Part shown: piece by piece, positions 1-13,076 of the stretch
How the letters are laid out: each line of letters begins with the position of its first letter
How positions within the stretch are numbered: the stretch's first letter is position 1
Assembly (NCBI GenBank): GCA_029258795.1
Contig: JAPDKB010000009.1
Span: forward strand, 22,564 to 86,563
DNA length: 64,000 bases
Source: an archaeon
GTDB lineage: Archaea > EX4484-52 > WAPT01
Direction: 5' to 3'
The notes under the pieces: generated by a model
Told to the model about the DNA's origin: nothing
Database searches by the model: none
What the model saw: the letters and a program-made list of their open reading frames with translations, nothing else
Translations under genes and position numbers: made by a program

Positions 1-685
1 GTCCAACACTCAACGGAAGGTGAAAATCTCCTCGAAGCTTTACGAAAGCAGAGCCGAGGTCTCCCTTGAGCAGGTAAACCAGCGAGCTCCAGGCAGAAGC
101 ATGCCTGAAATAAGTGTTGCTTATGTGGAGGTGATCGGGATTGAGATGCTCCACCCATTCGTACACCTCGTGTTGTTTGTTTGCTTCAACAGCATAGAGA
201 AACATGTGGGGTATGTCAAGCGTAAATCCCAGCCCGTGTTTTCTTGCCATTTCCTCAACTTTAAAGGGGCTGGCAAGAGACGTGTTTTCGATGGTTATGG
301 TAATTGAATATTTGTCTGGCTTTACAGCAAGCACACCGTCTTCATCTTTTTTCTGGTGGAACACTATTTTAAGAGCGTTTATTTCCTCGGCAACTTCCAG
401 GCAAGCGTCGATCTTTCGCAGTTCTACATCTACAGGTTTATAAGGAAAGATGAGCGAGATGTCATCAAAGGAATGAGCAGTGAATTTGAAGTTATAAGAT
501 GATGCGAAATCCAAAAACCAGGAAAGCAGATTTTTATCGATCTTTCCATGAGGTGTGACAAAGCAATAGACGGGAATTTCCAGAAGTTTGACCTTTCCAT
601 CAAGCACTCCGAACTTGTTCTCTACGTATTCCTTAGAAAATTTACGCCCTTCCACATCAAAGCCATAAAGAATGGTGGAGGACAT
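1..685 (-). CDS. Hypothetical protein, 3' truncated by the window edge. Possibly a sugar-phosphate isomerase/epimerase-like TIM-barrel enzyme.
   Basis: Open minus-strand frame from an ATG at 685..683 running to position 1 with no stop. It is absent from the ORF track because it is partial. It shows weak resemblance to xylose-isomerase-like TIM barrels. Confidence 0.4.
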   Translation of the reverse strand, partial: MSSTILYGFDVEGRKFSKEYVENKFGVLDGKVKLLEIPVYCFVTPHGKIDKNLLSWFLDFASSYNFKFTAHSFDDISLIFPYKPVDVELRKIDACLEVAEEINALKIVFHQKKDEDGVLAVKPDKYSITITIENTSLASPFKVEEMARKHGLGFTLDIPHMFLYAVEANKQHEVYEWVEHLNPDHLHISNTYFRHASAWSSLVYLLKGDLGSAFVKLRGDFHLPLSVG

Positions 686-721
686 ACTTTTCAATTGTTC
701 AGCACATTAAAAAATTTTGAA

Positions 722-847
722 TGGCGAGCCCGGGGGGATTTGAACCCCCGACCTACAGGTTAGAAGCCTGCCGCTCTTTCCGGACCGGAAAGCCGGAAAC
801 GCAGGAAAGCCCAGCTTTCCGAGGTGTCCAGGCTGAGCTACGGGCCC
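722..847 (-). tRNA. tRNA-Arg(UCU) with a ~47 nt non-canonical intron in the D-loop; CCA encoded
   Basis: Reverse complement folds as GGGCCCG-TA-GCTC-AGCCTGGA[intron]AAA-GAGC-G-GCAGG-CTTCTAA-CCTGT-AGGTC-GGGGG-TTCAAAT-CCCCC-CGGGCTC-G-CCA. The intron holds two hairpins, GGAAAGC..GCTTTCC and TTTCCGG..CCGGAAA. Confidence 0.65.
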
Positions 848-850
848 GCG

Positions 851-1006
851 CTACAGCAATCTGATGATTATTTCCAGTGCTGCTATGCCTGCTCCAGCAT
901 AAACAATATATTCTGGCTTGATCTGGAACTTTTCCTTATACTCATCGAAATACCTTACAAGCCCTGCCGTGCTCAAAGGCATGGAAACTTTCTTATCCTT
1001 TGCCAT
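851..1006 (-). CDS. Preprotein translocase subunit Sec61beta, 51 aa
   Basis: MAKDKKVSMPLSTAGLVRYFDEYKEKFQIKPEYIVYAGAGIAALEIIIRLL matches archaeal Sec61beta (STAGLVRYF motif, C-terminal TM). The track ORF 851-1198 extends N-terminally into RNase P RNA; that extension is an artefact. Confidence 0.8.
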   Translation of the reverse strand: MAKDKKVSMPLSTAGLVRYFDEYKEKFQIKPEYIVYAGAGIAALEIIIRLL

Positions 1007-1030
1007 GTTCTTTACCTCATTTGTTTTTGT

Positions 1031-1359
1031 TACGGGAGGGTGGAGTAAGCCCCCTTCTGTTACGCGCGTCATGGCAGCTCCACGAAATTGCTGGAAGGAG
1101 CCACCACCTGATGCGCGCGGAGCATTAGACTGAGCGGGCACAAAACCCTTGCACCTGAGGTGGCGCGTTTCACCCCGCATGAGTGACCTCAGCTCCATGC
1201 ATCATCGCATTTCCTCATGCGGGTGTCGTTTCTGCTCCACCCTCATGCCCTTCCGGCACGGCTCTCTCGAGCCAGCTAACCTGCCTTGTGGCAGGCGGTG
1301 GGGGGACTTTCCTCACGCAGCAGATAATGCTGCGCGATAGCTCCGCACACCCTCCCGCA
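1031..1359 (-). ncRNA. rnpB: RNase P RNA (type A-like)
   Basis: GC-rich segment, ~330 nt. The minus strand reads P1 CGGGAGGGTG...CACCCTCCCG, a P3 hairpin GCGCAGCattatctGCTGCGT, the P4 5' strand GAGGAAAGTCCCCC and the 3' ACAGAAGGGGGCTTAC (P4 pairing AGTCCCCC/GGGGGCTT), with a GGGTGAAAC CR-II-like motif. Confidence 0.75.
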
Positions 1360-1411
1360 AAATAGATATATTTGCTTTGGTTTTTTAAACTTTACTCTCA
1401 ATTCAGAAGCA

Positions 1412-1756
1412 TCAGTAAGCCGACTCAACGATTTTGTTGAATCTCCAGAGCGAGTATGCGATCAGGATACCTGAAGGCAGTACTGAGAAAACCGTCAGAA
1501 AAGAATACACAAAATAATTTGAGGAATAATAGAATGCTGCAAGAGTAAAAATTGCTATGATGATTGCACCGAGTCCCATAAGCATAAAGATATTTCTTCC
1601 TTGGTTGAACAGGGTTATCGCCCCGAGTTTGGGATTTATTTTTATTTTCTTGAGAAGTTCTCTAGTATAATAAGCACATATCACAGCCAGCATTGCATCA
1701 ATTAACAGCATTGCTGCTATGACGTTTGTATTTTGGATTATTCCTTCACCGAACAT
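1412..1756 (-). CDS. Hypothetical integral membrane protein, 114 aa
   Basis: ORF with 3-4 hydrophobic helices. Confidence 0.5.
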   Translation of the reverse strand: MFGEGIIQNTNVIAAMLLIDAMLAVICAYYTRELLKKIKINPKLGAITLFNQGRNIFMLMGLGAIIIAIFTLAAFYYSSNYFVYSFLTVFSVLPSGILIAYSLWRFNKIVESAY

Positions 1757-1759
1757 TTC

Positions 1760-2149
1760 TCACACCTTTTTGAGGTTTCTGCCTAAGGTTATGAAGCACA
1801 TGGCTATCAGGATTGTACTAGCCATCATGATGGGTACATACAGTATCATAACCCACAACGGAAAAACAGGGTTTATGAGATAAGCTGCTAGGAACTCAAT
1901 CATAAGAAAAATCACTGCAAGCACCATTCCCCAGAAAAGATAGTTGAAAGAGTTGAGCAGGATTTCTGGTTTATTAATGAGTGTCACGAGATACTCTTTT
2001 TTAACTGTAACTAGACGTATCGAATACCAAGTAATCAGAAGGAAAAATATCCCTACGAGTATGAAAGAAAATGTCTCCGGATTGATGGTGAACATTGCCA
2101 TAAACCAATATTTTGGGCCGTCCTTTATATTATTTATAGAAGAAAGCAC
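1760..2149 (-). CDS. Hypothetical integral membrane protein, 129 aa
   Basis: ORF with 4 hydrophobic helices. It lies 3 nt upstream of the previous ORF and is probably co-transcribed with it. Confidence 0.5.
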   Translation of the reverse strand: MLSSINNIKDGPKYWFMAMFTINPETFSFILVGIFFLLITWYSIRLVTVKKEYLVTLINKPEILLNSFNYLFWGMVLAVIFLMIEFLAAYLINPVFPLWVMILYVPIMMASTILIAMCFITLGRNLKKV

Positions 2150-2197
2150 ATATGTATTCGTTTTTTAACGACCCCAGAGGTACTGCCGTTTAGCATG

Positions 2198-5146
<2,949 letters not shown>

Positions 5147-5301
5147 ATTTTGCTGCGGCAGCACCTCTGGGGGATCATTGGGAAGCATGAAAAACTTCCC
5201 TACCCTCAGTCCCCGAGACGATGGCTCGGGAACATCATCTTGGTTTTATTTACCTGTTGAAAGGGAAAGTAAAGGAAGTGTTGTGTGGCCCTTAGATGGG
5301 A

Positions 5302-5375
5302 TGGACCCTGAGGGATTTGAACCCTCGGCCTCCGCCTTGCAAGGGCGGCGATCTTCCAGGCTGATCTAAGGGCCC
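5302..5375 (-). tRNA. tRNA-Ala(UGC) in the 16S-23S spacer, no intron, CCA not encoded
   Basis: GGGCCCT-TA-GATC-AGCCTGGAA-GATC-G-CCGCC-CTTGCAA-GGCGG-AGGCC-GAGGG-TTCAAAT-CCCTC-AGGGTCC-A. The G3:U70 identity pair is present. Confidence 0.9.
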
Positions 5376-5461
5376 TTAAAAATGGCGTTTATTTTTCATC
5401 GGGGAGAATTTAGTGCTCCGCCAGTGTCCGTGCCATGCCCGCCACTTTTTGACGGGCGTCG

Positions 5462-7044
<1,583 letters not shown>

Positions 7045-7267
7045 TGGCGGGGCGAGAGCACACGCTCTCGTCCCTGCTCCGGCACTGGAGCACTGGCGGA
7101 GTTTCACCATCTCCCCTCATTTAGACCTACTCATCCGAGCAGGTCCACATCGATTTGGGGTACGGTGGATAGCATCTATCATCGTTTGCGGAGCACGATT
7201 ATTTGCTCCGCATACTCGGATGCTAACGCCCCATACCCCGAAGGTTGATGCTCTACAGCTCGAGCAC

Positions 7268-7290
7268 CCGGTGCTTGCGCGCAAGCACCA
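7268..7290 (-). promoter_or_regulatory. Palindromic stem in the 16S 5' leader, candidate pre-rRNA processing helix
   Basis: GGTGCTTGCGCGCAAGCACC perfect palindrome ~225 nt upstream of the mature 16S 5' end. Confidence 0.35.
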
Positions 7291-7385
7291 CGTATCATGA
7301 ATCTCATCCAAAATAAGAATCGATTCACTCATCCGTGCAAGGTAACATAAATCATTACATAAAACATTTAAATACTTTGTGGTAG

Positions 7386-7502
7386 GGTGGGGGCCGGGAT
7401 TTTCGGGATGTGTGTTGATTTTGGTGAGGAATTTTACACTTTCGAACCCGGGTCAGAGGCTCCACAGGCCTCCATTCTAGACCAGGCTAAACTACCCCCA
7501 CC
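7386..7502 (-). tRNA. tRNA-His(GUG) with G-1 and a ~40 nt intron in the T-loop
   Basis: G(-1)-GTGGGGG-TA-GTTT-...-GAAT-G-GAGGC-CTGTGGA-GCCTC-TGAC-CCGGG-TTCGAA[intron ...CCCGAAAA]T-CCCGG-CCCCCAC-C. The extra 5' G pairs with discriminator C73. Confidence 0.65.
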
Positions 7503-7544
7503 ACAGAAACATAGTTTAAATTGGGAGGCATTTTTAAAAGTTTT

Positions 7545-8684
7545 TTAGGATTTTCTGATGACGAACTCGCAGAACTCATCACCCATGGCAATGCATTTCG
7601 TTTCTTCAGTGGAACATTCCTCACCGAAAAATAGATTGCCCCAACCCATCATGTAACCTCTAACGGCATCACAAACGGGCTTTGAAGTTTTCACACCCTT
7701 TTCAATATAAGTTTCAGCAAAGCCAGAATTGAAGAGACGTACTATTATTTCATTCTTATCCATGGTTATAATTTTTGCGATGCCGAAACCCCAGATTCTG
7801 GAATAATATTGATCAAGGAATTTCTGCCACATTTTTCGCTTAGTTGAAAAAGTTGTGAACTCTTTCAAAATGAAGATATATAGTTGGAGGAGTTTGGATA
7901 CTTTTTTGTACCATTCGGATGCCGATAATGAAATGATTCCTGTGATGGAATCACCCATGATTTTCTTTCCTTCCTCCCTTATTGTGAAGTAAAAGCTTGA
8001 CGGAACTATCAGCTCGGGCCAGCCCTTAAGCATATAAAATCCTTTATTGGTGTCCAGCTTCACCCCTCCGTAAGGCACCAAATTTCCTGATTGTTTTGGA
8101 TGCGGTTTCTCGTCAAAATCCCAATTGGATGGGCTATCCTCAATCTCAATTGAGAATCTGCATTTATCATCACCACGCGTAACGCATGAAATTTCCACAC
8201 ATCTGCTTTTCCGCCTAGTAGAGCGCTCAGCCAAACCCTCCAGCACACCTGCGATGTAATGACAGAATGGTGTTTTACGCTTTCCGAATTTTTTAACGAA
8301 CCCTGTGGAGAAAGGTGTCTCGCGCGCCTCTACTATTATCCTGTTCTTATTTTCCTTCTTTAAAGTATATTTTCCCAGCCCAAGCCATGTTAGGGATTCC
8401 ACACTACTTTCCAACGAGCCGTTTTCAACAGGAACTATGAGCGAGGCATCTTTACCTGCTTTGTGGAAGAGAAATCCAGCGGAGGCACCAACCAACCTTT
8501 CCATTTCTCTCTTCATGCTCTGAAAAATGTACGCATGCCTCAGCAGCACTCTGAATCCATTTACATATATCGCGCCCTTTTCCGGGTTGACTAGAATGTC
8601 CACGCTCATGGTTACCTTATCTAGGTTAAAGCCATATATAAAAATTTTCGTTTTTTGTCGAATAAAAACGGGTAGGTGGAACAA
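7545..8684 (-). CDS. Protein with two V4R-like domains (putative small-molecule-binding/regulatory)
   Basis: 379 aa. The C-terminal ~120 aa carry conserved Cys and aromatic residues in a V4R-like pattern, and the N-terminal half looks like a second divergent copy. Confidence 0.35.
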   Translation of the reverse strand: MFHLPVFIRQKTKIFIYGFNLDKVTMSVDILVNPEKGAIYVNGFRVLLRHAYIFQSMKREMERLVGASAGFLFHKAGKDASLIVPVENGSLESSVESLTWLGLGKYTLKKENKNRIIVEARETPFSTGFVKKFGKRKTPFCHYIAGVLEGLAERSTRRKSRCVEISCVTRGDDKCRFSIEIEDSPSNWDFDEKPHPKQSGNLVPYGGVKLDTNKGFYMLKGWPELIVPSSFYFTIREEGKKIMGDSITGIISLSASEWYKKVSKLLQLYIFILKEFTTFSTKRKMWQKFLDQYYSRIWGFGIAKIITMDKNEIIVRLFNSGFAETYIEKGVKTSKPVCDAVRGYMMGWGNLFFGEECSTEETKCIAMGDEFCEFVIRKS

Positions 8685-8701
8685 AACTATTTTTAGAATG
8701 A

Positions 8702-8836
8702 TGGTGCGGGGGGTGGGACTTTCAGCTGCGAAGCCTCCAGCAATTATTCAGCTTTCTCCGCAGCATTCGAACCCACGAAGGCACTGAGCCACGGGACCCT
8801 GAATCCCGCGCCTTTGGCCAGGCTCGGCAACCCCCG
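8702..8836 (-). tRNA. tRNA-Leu(CAG) with a ~47 nt intron in the T-loop; CCA encoded
   Basis: GCGGGGG-TT-GCC-G-AGCCTGGCCAAA-GGC-G-CGGGA-TTCAGGG-TCCCG-[long variable arm]-GTGGG-TTCGAA[TGCTGCGGAG...CGCAGCTGAAAG]T-CCCAC-CCCCCGC-A-CCA. Confidence 0.7.
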
Positions 8837-8862
8837 CACTTCAAGCAAAGAACATGAATTAA

Positions 8863-9393
8863 TTGCGCGCAAAAGTTAAAAATGATAGCACAAAGCTCCT
8901 TGATATGGGTGAGAGAAACGATAGAGAGCTCTTGCTAATTTCCGCCTGTCTTTTTGGTCTGGATACCAATTACAAAGGAGAGAACAAAAGGCTTGAGAAG
9001 CTAGAAGAACTGCTGAAAGATTATATTTTGATTCCTGTTTGTCCAGAGCAGCTTGGCGGGCTGGAAACTCCAAGAGTTAGCGCGGAAATAGAAACCGGTA
9101 AAATCGGAAATGATGTGCTTGAAGGTAAAGCAAGGGTGATGAGAGAAGATGGTAAGGATGTTACGGAAAACTTCGTGAGAGGGGCTCAGCAAACTTTGAC
9201 CATCTGTAAGATTCTTGGGATAAAAAAGGCATTGCTAAAAGAAAGGAGCCCATCCTGCGGTGTGAATGTAATCTATGATGGAACATTCAGCAGGAAGCTT
9301 AAGAAAGGAGAGGGTGTCACCACAGCGTTGCTCAGGCAACACAGCGTAGAGGTTTTCAGCGAGGAAGAGCTAGATAAACTCTTACGGTGTTGA
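8863..9393 (+). CDS. DUF523-like protein
   Basis: ACLFG...CPEQLGGLETPR...SPSCG pattern. The true start is probably the Met at 8905. Confidence 0.5.
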   Translation: MRAKVKNDSTKLLDMGERNDRELLLISACLFGLDTNYKGENKRLEKLEELLKDYILIPVCPEQLGGLETPRVSAEIETGKIGNDVLEGKARVMREDGKDVTENFVRGAQQTLTICKILGIKKALLKERSPSCGVNVIYDGTFSRKLKKGEGVTTALLRQHSVEVFSEEELDKLLRC

Positions 9394-10824
9394 AGCAGGA
9401 TTCGATATTTTCCTCCATCTTACACCGCGCGGCGTGTCGAAAACAAGCACACCTCTCTTTCTCAGCTCATCTCTTATCCTATCTGCTTCCTCAAACCTCC
9501 TTTCCTTTCTCAGCTTTTCCCTTTCTTCAATCATCTTCATTTCTTCCACGTCCAGCCCTTCACTCCTCTCAAAATCCTCAAAAATGCCGAGCACGCTTGC
9601 AAGCTTCAGGAACTGGTCAAGCATGTGCTCCATAGCTCTTCTACTTTTTCTTTCTTCAGAATTAACGTACTTGTTGATAAAGCTGGCGAATTCAACCAGC
9701 ACTCTTGTTGCTCTTGAGGCATCAAAATCATCATCCATAGCTTCCTCAAACTCCTTAACAAATCTGTCAACTTCCCTTATTGCATCTTCATCAACCCATC
9801 CATCATCTTCTGTTGCGTTAATTTCAGCATCGAGCATTTCCAAAGCGTTCTCAAGTTTTCTGTAAAGCTTCTCAGAGTCCTTTATTGCCTTTTCATCGAA
9901 ATCCACAGGGTCTCTGTAATGCACGCTTGCCAAGAAGAATCTCAGCACACGAGCATCATATTTCTGTAGGAGCTCCCTCATCGTCACTATGTTTCCCAAG
10001 CTCTTGCTCATTTTCTCTCCTTTTATTGTGACGAACTCGTTGTGCATCCAGTAACGCACAAAGGTCTTGCCCGTTGCTGCCTCGCTCTGAGCTATCTCAT
10101 TTTCGTGATGCGGGAAGATGAGGTCCTTTCCCCCGCCATGAATGTCCAGCGTCTCTCCTAGATACTTCATGCTCATGGCTGAACATTCTATATGCCATCC
10201 GGGCCTTCCCTTCCCCCAGGGCGAATCAAACACACTGCCAACTTTATAATCTTCATCCTTAGCGGCCTTCCACAAAGCAAAGTCCCTCACATCTCTTTTG
10301 CGCGAGTCTGGCTCTATTCTGTGGCGCTTCAGCTCTTCAAGATTCTGTTTGCTCAGCTTGCCATAGTCCTTGAAGGAAGGCACATGGAAATACACGGTGC
10401 CATCATCAAGCACGTAAGCGTGACCTCTCTCAATTATCTTTTCAATCAACTCAACGATCTCCTTTATGTGCTCCGTGACCTTCGGATAGTGATGCGCTTT
10501 CTTTATGTTCAGGGGCTCCACTATATCCTCAAAGAACGCCTTAATGAAGAATTCCGAAACTTCCTTGAAGCTTTTCCCCTCTTTCAGAGCACGATTTATT
10601 ATTTTATCATCCACATCAGTGAAGTTCTGCACAAAAACAACTTCGTATCCTCTGTATTCCAGCCATCTCCTTATAACATCGAATGCAACACAACTTCTAG
10701 CATGCCCTATGTGACTGTAGTCGTAAGGAGTTATACCACACACATACATCCTTACCTTTCCTCCCTCAAGCGGAACGAATTCTTCCTTCTTTCTCGTCAT
10801 GGTGTTATATATCTTAATGGGCAT
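9382..10824 (-). CDS. cysS: Cysteinyl-tRNA synthetase
   Basis: MPIKIYNTMTRKKEEF N-terminus, HIGH motif YDYSHIGHARS, KMSKS motif. The track ORF begins 33 codons upstream; that start is unlikely. Confidence 0.9.
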   Translation of the reverse strand: MPIKIYNTMTRKKEEFVPLEGGKVRMYVCGITPYDYSHIGHARSCVAFDVIRRWLEYRGYEVVFVQNFTDVDDKIINRALKEGKSFKEVSEFFIKAFFEDIVEPLNIKKAHHYPKVTEHIKEIVELIEKIIERGHAYVLDDGTVYFHVPSFKDYGKLSKQNLEELKRHRIEPDSRKRDVRDFALWKAAKDEDYKVGSVFDSPWGKGRPGWHIECSAMSMKYLGETLDIHGGGKDLIFPHHENEIAQSEAATGKTFVRYWMHNEFVTIKGEKMSKSLGNIVTMRELLQKYDARVLRFFLASVHYRDPVDFDEKAIKDSEKLYRKLENALEMLDAEINATEDDGWVDEDAIREVDRFVKEFEEAMDDDFDASRATRVLVEFASFINKYVNSEERKSRRAMEHMLDQFLKLASVLGIFEDFERSEGLDVEEMKMIEEREKLRKERRFEEADRIRDELRKRGVLVFDTPRGVRWRKISNPASTP

Positions 10825-10857
10825 AAAAGCTGATTTTGAAAGGAAATTATAAAAGAA

Positions 10858-11388
10858 TTGTTCTTCTCCACCTTCTCCATGGAGTTCTTCTCCCACATCT
10901 ATGAAAGCTGGCGCGAAATGCAATATGAAAAGTACGAAGCAATTTTTCGCGAGCTTGAGAGTGCTAACGCGAGTGTGCGGGGAAAAACCGTTGTGGATGT
11001 TGGATCTGCACAGGGCTTCCTAATCGATTTTATGAGGGGGCAGGGAATACAAACCAAGCTGTATGTGGGAGTGGATGTTGATAAAAGCGCGATACGAAAG
11101 CTGAATTCCCAGCTCAAAATTTTGGCGAGCGCGGAAGCATTGCCGTTTAAAGAAGAGGTGTTTGATGTGATGTTCTGTATAGATGTGATTCACCTTTTGA
11201 AGGATAAGCTTGATCTTTCTCCGGTGAAGGAGGATGGGGTGGTTGTGGTTGCTCTACCATCCAGACATGAGAGCAAGTTGCAGAGGTTTGTGGAAGATAT
11301 GAGCGCTGAAGGAATGGAAATGTTGAGCTCTTTTTCAATAGAAGGAAAAGAAAGGGAGTGTGTGGTGGTGCTGAGGAAGAAGCACTAG
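10858..11388 (+). CDS. Class I SAM-dependent methyltransferase
   Basis: Motif I VVDVGSAQGFLIDF, then a D/E acidic loop. Confidence 0.6.
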   Translation: MFFSTFSMEFFSHIYESWREMQYEKYEAIFRELESANASVRGKTVVDVGSAQGFLIDFMRGQGIQTKLYVGVDVDKSAIRKLNSQLKILASAEALPFKEEVFDVMFCIDVIHLLKDKLDLSPVKEDGVVVVALPSRHESKLQRFVEDMSAEGMEMLSSFSIEGKERECVVVLRKKH

Positions 11389-11696
11389 CATTGTTGCTGG
11401 AGTTTTGTTGCGATTTCTCTTAGCTCTGCAGGGCTGTAGCTCTCATTCCTGTCCAGAAGCCTGGAGTAAACCTCCTCCAGCCTGCTGACCACGCTGTGCT
11501 CGCCCCTGTAGAACGAGTTCCAGAGCTTACCCGCTTCCCTGTAGTTCTCCAGTGTGCGCTTCAGCTTTTCCACATCCACACCAACCCTCTCCAGAACATG
11601 TCCATCGTTTTCAAGCAGGGTTTCGATGCTGTTTAACAAGTCCGCGTACGAGAAAAAGCTATACTTCTTGGCTCTTTCCGAGGATAAATCCATCAC
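11385..11696 (-). CDS. Hypothetical protein, 103 aa
   Basis: ORF only. Confidence 0.4.
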   Translation of the reverse strand: MMDLSSERAKKYSFFSYADLLNSIETLLENDGHVLERVGVDVEKLKRTLENYREAGKLWNSFYRGEHSVVSRLEEVYSRLLDRNESYSPAELREIATKLQQQC

Positions 11697-11768
11697 CCTT
11701 CATCCCACTCACCCCCTCCAGATTTTCTCGACAGGTTGAGATGTTAGGAAAAAGAAGTTTATAAAGTT

Positions 11769-12194
11769 TTATCCACGCGCAAAAGGCAGATTCTTCATGA
11801 TGCATACGCATCTGTACAGCTGCTCCAGCAGGACTATTCTTGCAAGTTGATGTGAGAATGTTAATCTAGAGAGTGAAAGTGTGGAAGAGGCAAGCTCCTT
11901 TATACTTTCATCCACGCCGTGTTTACCACCTATGATGAATGTTATATCACTGTTCAGCTTTTCTTTCAAAAACTCGCAGAAGTCGTGAGAGTTGAACTCC
12001 TCACCCCTCTCATCCAGCAAAACAACATAACCTTTAAGGTATTTCTTTATTTTTTCCGCTTCCTCCTCCACACTCCTGCCTTCCTTGAGCTCAACGATTT
12101 CAATCTTGAGGTGGGGCTGGAGAAGCGCCAGATAATGTCCCTGAGCATCCCGAAAATGGGATTTTAACTTACCCACACAAACAATTCTGGTCAT
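11769..12194 (-). CDS. rlmH: rRNA methyltransferase RlmH-like (SPOUT, DUF163)
   Basis: 141 aa; ...FIIGGKHG...SLSRLTFSHQLARIVLLEQLYR pattern typical of RlmH. Confidence 0.7.
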   Translation of the reverse strand: MTRIVCVGKLKSHFRDAQGHYLALLQPHLKIEIVELKEGRSVEEEAEKIKKYLKGYVVLLDERGEEFNSHDFCEFLKEKLNSDITFIIGGKHGVDESIKELASSTLSLSRLTFSHQLARIVLLEQLYRCVCIMKNLPFARG

Positions 12195-12217
12195 TCAGAA
12201 ACACCACAAAAACTGTT

Positions 12218-12336
12218 TGGTGCCCCCGCCGGGATTTTCAGCCGCTTATTCTCTCTCGAAGTAGAGCATGACGGCATTTGAACCCGGGTCATCGGCTCGA
12301 GAGGCCGATATCCTTGCCTGGCTAGACTACGGGGGC
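12218..12336 (-). tRNA. tRNA-Glu(CUC) with a ~42 nt intron in the T-loop; CCA encoded
   Basis: GCCCCCG-TA-GTCT-..-GGAT-A-TCGGC-CTCTCGA-GCCGA-TGAC-CCGGG-TTCAAA[TGCCGTC...GGCTGAAAA]T-CCCGG-CGGGGGC-A-CCA. Confidence 0.65.
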
Positions 12337-12383
12337 ACAATAACTTGTATTAAAAAAGCAGGAGAATTTTAAATGTTTCGTCT

Positions 12384-12611
12384 TCACTTCTTACCTCTGC
12401 TCTCCGCCGGAAGCAAGAATCTGCGGTACAACGCTATCTCATCAATGAAGTCCTTATGGGTTATCATCAAACTTCTGCAGCAATACCTTGTTATTCCGAG
12501 TTCGTCCAGCACTTTAGAAGGATGCTTTCCCTTCTTGACTTCCTGCTGAAACTTTTCCCATTTGTCAGCAAGCACCTTCCCACAGGAGATGCATCTTATG
12601 GGTATGATCAC
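12384..12611 (-). CDS. rpoN: DNA-directed RNA polymerase subunit N (Rpo10)
   Basis: MIIPIRCISCGKVLADKWEKF...GITRYCCRSLMITH zinc-binding signature. Confidence 0.85.
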   Translation of the reverse strand: MIIPIRCISCGKVLADKWEKFQQEVKKGKHPSKVLDELGITRYCCRSLMITHKDFIDEIALYRRFLLPAESRGKK

Positions 12612-12664
12612 GATATCTCACCTCACAGATTAAAGGTGTAAATAGGGGGATGGAAATATCCCCA

Positions 12665-13072
12665 TCATCTGTAGCTGGTCTGTTTGATTCTTCTCGGACC
12701 CTTCTTTGACCTTGATGGTTTGTGGGGCTCTGTTCTTCTCGGATCGTAAACAAGCATACCCCTGTCATATTCGAGGAACTTCTTCTTCAAGCTCTCGCTT
12801 TTGGTCAGTCTGACCAAAGCCCTCGCTATCGCCATCCTTATCGCTTCAGCTTGAGCATTAATCCCACCGCCTTTCACCACAATATCCATGTCCACCTTCT
12901 TTATCTTATCCTCTCCAGCTATTATTATGGGCTCCATGATCTTCAGCTTCAGCATTTCGGGCTTGTAAATATCAAGCAACATCTTGTTTATTCTTATGGT
13001 TCCACTCCCCTCCCTAACATACGCTCTTGCTACAGCCGTCTTTCTCTTACCTGTTGTAACAAAAGGTTTCAT
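12665..13072 (-). CDS. rps9: 30S ribosomal protein S9 (uS9)
   Basis: VTTGKRKTAVARAYVREG ... C-terminal KKGPRRIKQTSYR. Confidence 0.85.
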   Translation of the reverse strand: MKPFVTTGKRKTAVARAYVREGSGTIRINKMLLDIYKPEMLKLKIMEPIIIAGEDKIKKVDMDIVVKGGGINAQAEAIRMAIARALVRLTKSESLKKKFLEYDRGMLVYDPRRTEPHKPSRSKKGPRRIKQTSYR

Positions 13073-13076
13073 AGTA

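Noticed and set aside
548-763. ORF 548-763 (+)
   Set aside because: It overlaps tRNA-Arg on the opposite strand and lies antisense to the real minus-strand CDS, so it is spurious.
1007-1198. N-terminal 64 codons of track ORF 851-1198
   Set aside because: The region is the 3' half of RNase P RNA (GC-rich, with the P4 and CR-V motifs). Only the last 51 codons (Sec61beta) are coding.
9434-9865. Ser/Leu-rich antisense ORFs opposite K/E-rich coding regions (9434-9865, 26298-26771, 31368-32033, 58517-58861)
   Set aside because: Low-complexity mirror ORFs are generated automatically opposite AAG/GAA-rich lysine/glutamate tails. The real genes are on the other strand.
10825-10923. N-terminal 33 codons of track ORF 9382-10923 (CysRS)
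   Set aside because: CysRS orthologues start at MPIKIYNT. The extension would overlap the divergent methyltransferase gene's upstream region.
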